64,000 nt of DNA from Bacteroidales bacterium (GTDB lineage: Bacteria > Bacteroidota > Bacteroidia > Bacteroidales > NBLH01). The notes below the pieces were generated by a model. The model saw only the letters and a program-made list of their open reading frames with translations, searched no databases and was not told the DNA's origin. The DNA lies in contig JAXLTR010000005.1 of NCBI GenBank assembly GCA_046329965.1, positions 371,385 through 435,384 of the forward strand, given 5' to 3'. Of the stretch, positions 58,900-64,000 are shown in pieces. Position numbers and translations under genes: made by a program. Position 1 is the first letter of the stretch; the number at the start of each line of letters is the position of its first letter.

Positions 58900-59040
58900 A
58901 AATTCCCGATTTTGAACAAAGGTACAAATTTATTCCATAGCTCCGATTATTTGGTAAGTTTGTCATTTTTAGAAATTAAATCTTAAACATTCAATTTATT
59001 TTAATCCGGATTTGGCCATGATGATATTGTTTTACTAAAA

Positions 59041-59583
59041 CTACTGGTATCTGAAATGAATTCCGATTATCCAAAGGGCCTTTATTTTTAATAAAAACAG
59101 GAATAAAACAATAAAAACAGTGCCTGCGAGTGCCAGGAAGTTTAAAAATTTCTGTGCCCTGTAACCATTGCGAAAAGCTTTTTCAATACCCATGTATACC
59201 AATAATCCAATTAAACCGCCAGCCGTATTGTTAATAATATCGGTTATATCAGCGGCCCCAACGCTTAAAATAAACTGGATAATTTCTATTGACAAACTGG
59301 TTAAAAAAAACAGGGGAATTTTTTTCCAAATAGTCCATTTTTTAAATAAAATTCCTGCATATACGCCCAGAGGTATAAAAATCAATGCATTTAAAACCAT
59401 TTCCATACTATTTGGTTTACCATTTTGATCGGTAGATTCGGCAAACGGAATAAGGTTTATCATTCTTTTGTCCATATACGAAAAGTGGACATCGAGTTTT
59501 AATATCAGTACCCAAACCAATACCAACAAATAAATGACGAATAATACGTTGGTTAATCTGTTTGCCTTATCATTTTCTTTCAT
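59041..59583 (-). CDS. VanZ-family membrane protein
   Basis: 180 aa. 4-5 TM. VanZ-like pattern (LNALIFIPLGVY ... ADITDIINNTAGGLIG). Confidence 0.6.
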   Translation of the reverse strand: MKENDKANRLTNVLFVIYLLVLVWVLILKLDVHFSYMDKRMINLIPFAESTDQNGKPNSMEMVLNALIFIPLGVYAGILFKKWTIWKKIPLFFLTSLSIEIIQFILSVGAADITDIINNTAGGLIGLLVYMGIEKAFRNGYRAQKFLNFLALAGTVFIVLFLFLLKIKALWIIGIHFRYQ

Positions 59584-59635
59584 AGCGTTACGCTGGAATT
59601 GTAATATTTTTCGGTGAAAATAGAAAATTAAATGG

Positions 59636-59789
59636 TAATGTCGTTTAGATAAGGATTTTTTTCGTGCAAGTTGGTGTCTTTGTGTTTTAGTGGCAGTAAC
59701 ACTTTTGCCACCAAATCACCAAATCACAAAATCTCACCAAATCTTCTATAAATTGATATTTTATATTTGTCATTAACTAAACGACATTT
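59636..59789 (+). mobile_element. MITE-like element copy C, 154 bp, 13-bp TIRs (taatgtcgtttag / ctaaacgacattt; inner 12 bp perfect), perfect 10-bp target-site duplication AATTAAATGG (59626-59635 and 59790-59799)
   Basis: Coordinates derived directly from the sequence. About 93% identical to copy B. Internal hairpin GTGGC-agtaacactttt-GCCAC. CACCAAAT direct repeats. TATATTTG motif near the right end. Confidence 0.85.
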
Positions 59790-59933
59790 AATTAAATGGC
59801 ATTTTGTATTTTCAAAAAGTGAAATCTCAGGATTATTTAAAAGAAGGCTACTCTTGTATGAAAAAAACATTATATCTTTATTTGAATCAGGATTTAAATC
59901 ATTTTTTAAAATTTTATTACCTATTGGGTTTAC

Positions 59934-60431
59934 ATGTTGAAAGAGGATTTTATATCATTTCCAAATGCAGAGGGTTTTCCTGCAGGGCCTTACGACCTGG
60001 ATGGCATATCTTTCGTAACAAGTGAGGATAACGCATTTGAAATACTTGTTCAGCTGGGATTTGTGTATGACATTTACCTGTTGCGGATTATATCTGCAGA
60101 TACGACATCCTGGGAGCTCTGGCACAAAGATTCTGCTGTAGTTTTTGTAGATGAGAAAAAGGTTGCAGACAATCCTGTTTTTAATTACAGTAATTTTACA
60201 TTAAGCTGCGATTTCCAGCTACGGGTAAACCTTTCTGATAGGGCGATAGAAGGGAGGGCAATCAATGTAACCTTTCTTCAGGCAATCCCCGAAATTTCGT
60301 TTATGATTGAATTTAAGCTGGAATCAGGAATTAAAGTTGGTCTTTGCGGCCAGGGCTGGAGAGAGATAAATTATACGACATCAGATGATTCCTGGCCTTC
60401 GGAGGAGTGGAAGGATTGGAATACCATGTAA
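59934..60431 (+). CDS. hypothetical protein
   Basis: 165-aa ORF with no recognisable motif. Lies between the VanZ gene / MITE and the Zn-ribbon gene. Confidence 0.3.
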   Translation: MLKEDFISFPNAEGFPAGPYDLDGISFVTSEDNAFEILVQLGFVYDIYLLRIISADTTSWELWHKDSAVVFVDEKKVADNPVFNYSNFTLSCDFQLRVNLSDRAIEGRAINVTFLQAIPEISFMIEFKLESGIKVGLCGQGWREINYTTSDDSWPSEEWKDWNTM

Positions 60432-60490
60432 TTAGGGGGACTTATTTTCCGATCTGTAAAAGGCAATTAAAATCTTTGCCATCCAGGTTT

Positions 60491-60841
60491 TTAGGATTTT
60501 CTTACAATCAGTACTTCATCGTCAGAAAATTCCATCCACGCAAAATCGTATACATAAAAATAGGTTTTTCCCTGTGAATTTACGTGTACATGGGTGTGGT
60601 ATTTAAAGTTGAACTTTTTTTTATCGAGGGTTATCCTGGGTATTTTCATCTGCACCTTGTTCTTTCCCATAATTTCGAGGAGAATTGAGCGATTGCGGTG
60701 AAGCACAATATCGATTTGTTTAACAGCAATGGCGGTAACCCGCCGCAGGTTGGTATGGTAATAGTTTTTGCACCTTACCGAGCAGAACTTTTTATCGCTG
60801 CGGCCTATAATTTCCTTGCTGCATATTTTACATTTTTTCAT
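60491..60841 (-). CDS. hypothetical Zn-ribbon protein
   Basis: 116 aa. N-terminal CxxC ... CxxC (KKCKICSKEIIGRSDKKFCSVRCKNYYH). Divergently oriented to the integrase. Confidence 0.4.
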   Translation of the reverse strand: MKKCKICSKEIIGRSDKKFCSVRCKNYYHTNLRRVTAIAVKQIDIVLHRNRSILLEIMGKNKVQMKIPRITLDKKKFNFKYHTHVHVNSQGKTYFYVYDFAWMEFSDDEVLIVRKS

Positions 60842-60961
60842 AAACTTTTCTTTTCTGACATGGTTTATCGTTTATTCGTTTTTAACGGTTAAGATACGAT
60901 TATTTTTGGTTTGATGAAATATGGATTTGTTTTTTTCATAGTTTTATAAAATAAATCCCTG

Positions 60962-62752
60962 ATGATGTTTTACCCTTTAATTGAATCTGTTCCGGAATTT
61001 AAAGCCCGGCTGCTGATGGATAGCAATCATCTCTACCGGAAGCCCTTGTTTATGGAAATGATTATTGATAAAACTGAAAAGCGTATTTATCTAAAACAAT
61101 CTTATAACAAACTTATTTGGACCGAATTGCATGGAATAACCAAATCGTGGTGGCAAAAAGAGAAGAGACAATGGGTATTTGCCGGGAACAATGAGAATTA
61201 CCTGGCAATAAAAGCCATTGCAAAAAAATATGGATGTGTTTTAAACCAGGAATTTGCAAAAACAGTTGACGAAAGGGAATCAAATCCAAGGGTTAAAAGG
61301 TATATTGAAACAATGCAGATAAGAAAGTACAGCATCAATACCATTGAAGCCTATCTGCCATATTTCAGACAATTCGTCAGTCATTTTAAAGATACTGATA
61401 TTGATGATCTTGGCTATAGGGAAATTTCGCGTTACATTGAAAGCGAACAAAGGTTTTGTGAAAGTGATACAGGCATGCGTCACATGATTTGTGCCATTAA
61501 ATACTACTACGAAAATATCCTCGGAAGAGATCGGATGGTATTTAAGCTGCGCGAAACAAGAAATATAAAAAATACCGGCATGGTATTGCCTGTTGATAAG
61601 CTGATGTTACTTTTAAACAAAATAATAAACCCGGAGCATAAAATATTGCTTTTTCTTAAATTCAGCCAGGGGATGAGCGAAAATGAAATTGCAGGCATTA
61701 CGCTTCTGAAAATAAAAGAATGGCTTACCGAAAAAGTGTTTAAACAGTATCCCAACGAAAAAGCCCGGATTATTTCTATGGTAAAGAAATATTATGAGCA
61801 TTGCCGCCCGGCAGTATATCTTTTTGAGAAAACAGGATCGACCATGTATTTGCCCGAAGAAATTGGAGACAAGTTAAATGAAGCAATCAGGGAAAATGAT
61901 TTTTCAGAACCTTATAAAATCAGTTTACAGGAACTTTTATCCGGTGCCGGATTTAAATTAAAAACGATAAATTGTTATTGCAATTCACTCATTCAGTTTA
62001 TAAAAGCCTTTAATTTTAAGAATTTAGAAGATATCAGTAACGAGGAAATCCGCATGTTTTTGCATCGTTTGAGCAAGAACAACAGCATTTCGACGAGTAC
62101 GATTAATCAGTACATTAATGTGCTTAAGTTTTATTATATAGATGTATTAAAGCGCGACATCCCATTTCATTATATTTTCAGGCCAAAATCGCCGATCAGG
62201 TTACCAAAGGTTCTGAATCCCGATCAGATAGGAGCGATTATCAACAGCATCGGCAATATAAAGCATAAATGCATTATTGCAATTGAGTATTCGGCAGGAC
62301 TGAGGATAAGTGAAGTACTTGATTTGAAAGTAGATCAGATAGACTATAAAAAAGGTGAAATTTTCATATTTGCCAGGAAAGGAAAAAAAGAAAGAATTAG
62401 TTTGCTGGCAGACAACCTGAAAGAGTGGCTGGCAGAATATATAGAAGAGTACAGGCCGCGTGATTATTTGTTTGAAGGAGCCACAGGAGGGCGTTATAGT
62501 GAGACAAGTGTGGGCAATATATTGAAAAGGGCCATGAAACTAGCCGGGATTACTAAAAAGGCCACCAACCATTGGCTCAGGCACTCGTTTGCAACCGACT
62601 TACTGGAGCACGGAACCGACATAAGGTATATACAGGATTTGCTGGGCCACAAGGACATAAAAACAACACTTCGGTATGCCCATGTTTCAGATAATAAGCG
62701 GCGTACAATAAAGAGCCCATTAGACAGGATAAAAATTATGAAGAAAAATTAA
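60962..62752 (+). CDS. tyrosine-type site-specific recombinase/integrase with two tandem N-terminal SAM-like core-binding domains
   Basis: 596 aa. Catalytic domain with R (LRISEVLDL), HxLRH (HWLRHSFAT) and Y (LRYAHV). Two separate core-binding-like segments (NTIEAYLPYFRQFVSHF... and INCYCNSLIQFIKAF...). Confidence 0.8.
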   Translation: MMFYPLIESVPEFKARLLMDSNHLYRKPLFMEMIIDKTEKRIYLKQSYNKLIWTELHGITKSWWQKEKRQWVFAGNNENYLAIKAIAKKYGCVLNQEFAKTVDERESNPRVKRYIETMQIRKYSINTIEAYLPYFRQFVSHFKDTDIDDLGYREISRYIESEQRFCESDTGMRHMICAIKYYYENILGRDRMVFKLRETRNIKNTGMVLPVDKLMLLLNKIINPEHKILLFLKFSQGMSENEIAGITLLKIKEWLTEKVFKQYPNEKARIISMVKKYYEHCRPAVYLFEKTGSTMYLPEEIGDKLNEAIRENDFSEPYKISLQELLSGAGFKLKTINCYCNSLIQFIKAFNFKNLEDISNEEIRMFLHRLSKNNSISTSTINQYINVLKFYYIDVLKRDIPFHYIFRPKSPIRLPKVLNPDQIGAIINSIGNIKHKCIIAIEYSAGLRISEVLDLKVDQIDYKKGEIFIFARKGKKERISLLADNLKEWLAEYIEEYRPRDYLFEGATGGRYSETSVGNILKRAMKLAGITKKATNHWLRHSFATDLLEHGTDIRYIQDLLGHKDIKTTLRYAHVSDNKRRTIKSPLDRIKIMKKN

Positions 62753-62760
62753 CCCGAATT

Positions 62761-62792
62761 ATTCATACAAAAACGGAATGAATTGTATGAAT
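62761..62792. other. 10-bp perfect inverted repeat (attcatacaa / ttgtatgaat) immediately 3' of the integrase stop
   Basis: 62761-62770 and 62783-62792 are exact reverse complements separated by 12 nt. No T-run follows on +. Confidence 0.5.
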
Positions 62793-64000
62793 GTGCCATG
62801 GTGAGCGGATTATCATTCGGGAGACCCCGATTTAGAAATACCCAATTCTGGGCTAATGAAATGTGACCAAAAGTTAGGTATTTCTTCATCATCAGAAAAA
62901 TTGATAAATTTTTCGGGTTAATTTCAAATCAGTTGTTGGCTTATGCATTCCATATGCTGCCTGCGGATAAGAAAATTAGCCGGGAATGAAAGAAAATATT
63001 TTTGGTAACTCAGATAAAAAGATGTAATTTCGGATTAGGAAAGATTGATTAACGGTTAAAGAAGAGGATTAGGAGAGATTAACAAAACGGAGTAGCGGCA
63101 GAAAGGTTAATTTAAGGCATGAAAGCAAATAAAAGAGACCTATCAAAAAATAGATAATGAAACGCATAACAAAAAATATTCTACCTATATTATTAATTAT
63201 CAAATTATTAAAAAAAGTGTTATGGTGGATATAATAGAAAATAGTCGCCATGGCGACTATTGAAACGTTATGTGCAATTTTCGATTGAAAAGGCATTATT
63301 TTTAGCAATATTTATTTGATTCAAATACAGGTTTTAATCATTCATCAAAGTAATGAGCGAAAAAACAAAAAAAGGATTGATTTTATGAAAAAAAATCGAT
63401 AACTTTCCAAAGCTTTTAAGCAAGCTTATAAGAGCTACCTCTTAGCTTTTAAATAAGATTGAAAAGAAAGCTTTGGAACAGGAAACGAGCGGATTTTTCA
63501 TCCGAGAGTTGACCTGTTTTTTTGTTTTGAAGCGATTGCCAAAAATGAATGATTGTTTAAAAGCCGAATCAAATAAACCATAATGAACAACAGACACATA
63601 CACGGGTGTGTATAAGCAATTGTCCATTATTTAATGCTAAAAATAATATGGATAAAATTTGCTGTCCTTTTTAAATTTTGACAGCGTTCAATCGAAAACT
63701 GGGACTTTTATTGTAACAGCGTGACGACGAAATAAAAAATTACAATAAAAGCACATAACACTGTATATGCGATAATTGCCTCCTATCGTCGGCAACTACG
63801 CATATACTTAACGTTATGCTGCATTTGAAGAAAGGCTAAAGCGAGAAAATAAAGAAAATAAAACCAGTGCAGATTGAACGGGCGTGAACCGCATCCGGGA
63901 AATTGCGTGAAGAAATCGTGAAGTGAAGGGCGTTAAAAAAAATTGGCCATTGCCCGTACTGATTTTATTGCGGGAAAGAATAAATAAAAACATATAGACT

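Noticed and set aside
62753-64000. Manual search for a tRNA, tmRNA or other structured RNA as an integrase target in the ORF-free region. The same search covered the other long intergenic regions 9757-10435, 14422-14973 and 37238-37771.
   Set aside because: No GTTCGAATC-type T-loop or clover-leaf-compatible segment was found by eye. This cannot be excluded without a covariance-model scan, so it is reported only as something to check.
1-64000. Looked for CRISPR arrays, reverse transcriptase (YxDD) genes suggesting retrons/DGRs, restriction-modification genes, and known multi-gene defence cassettes
   Set aside because: No regularly spaced repeat-spacer array is present. No ORF carries RT, methyltransferase, helicase-nuclease or STAND-NTPase signatures. 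The candidate defence-like components (Fic pair, CHAT, caspases, Tpt1) are dispersed rather than forming one operon.

Overview
The window looks like a chromosomal segment from a Bacteroidota-type genome. It is AT-rich, genes are densely packed, Shine-Dalgarno sequences are absent, and there are many secreted beta-propeller, TPR and T9SS-type proteins. About 50 protein-coding genes are supported. I found no rRNA, tRNA or CRISPR arrays.

Gene content in order:
- a GH92-like and a GH38-like alpha-mannosidase;
- two PD40 (TolB-like) propeller proteins;
- an AraC regulator;
- two tandem secreted caspase(C14)-FISUMP fusion paralogs;
- an MBL-hydrolase / GT1-glycosyltransferase / NmrA-like reductase cluster;
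- a TolC-MacA-MacB-type ABC efflux operon followed by a LytS/LytTR two-component pair;
- a large propeller(Y_Y_Y)-sensor histidine kinase;
- a TPR-PP2C phosphatase;
- a creatininase-family protein;
- an APC amino-acid permease;
- a T9SS-CTD protein;
- a Fic-type 'mobile mystery protein A/B' pair;
- a frameshifted histidine kinase with its OmpR-type response regulator partner;
- a flotillin;
- a MORN protein;
- a prolyl oligopeptidase;
- a secreted TPR-CHAT protease;
- a KptA/Tpt1 RNA 2'-phosphotransferase;
- a mobile-element-flavoured tail (PD-(D/E)XK Rpn-like nuclease, VanZ, Zn-ribbon protein, a 596-aa tyrosine integrase with two tandem core-binding domains) followed by a 1.25-kb ORF-free AT-rich stretch.

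The best-supported unannotated structure is a family of three ~150-bp MITE-like elements at 4271-4419, 11195-11348 and 59636-59789. Each has 13-bp terminal inverted repeats (consensus CAATGTCGTTTAG) and a 10-bp target-site duplication. All three sit immediately upstream of minus-strand genes in the same orientation, and one supplies the ATG of the MBL-hydrolase ORF. The elements carry a conserved internal hairpin and TTTGGTGA direct repeats.

I could not identify a complete, clearly novel defence system. The strongest candidates for follow-up are the MITE family, the mosaic caspase-FISUMP tandem pair, the TPR-CHAT protein and the Fic A/B module.
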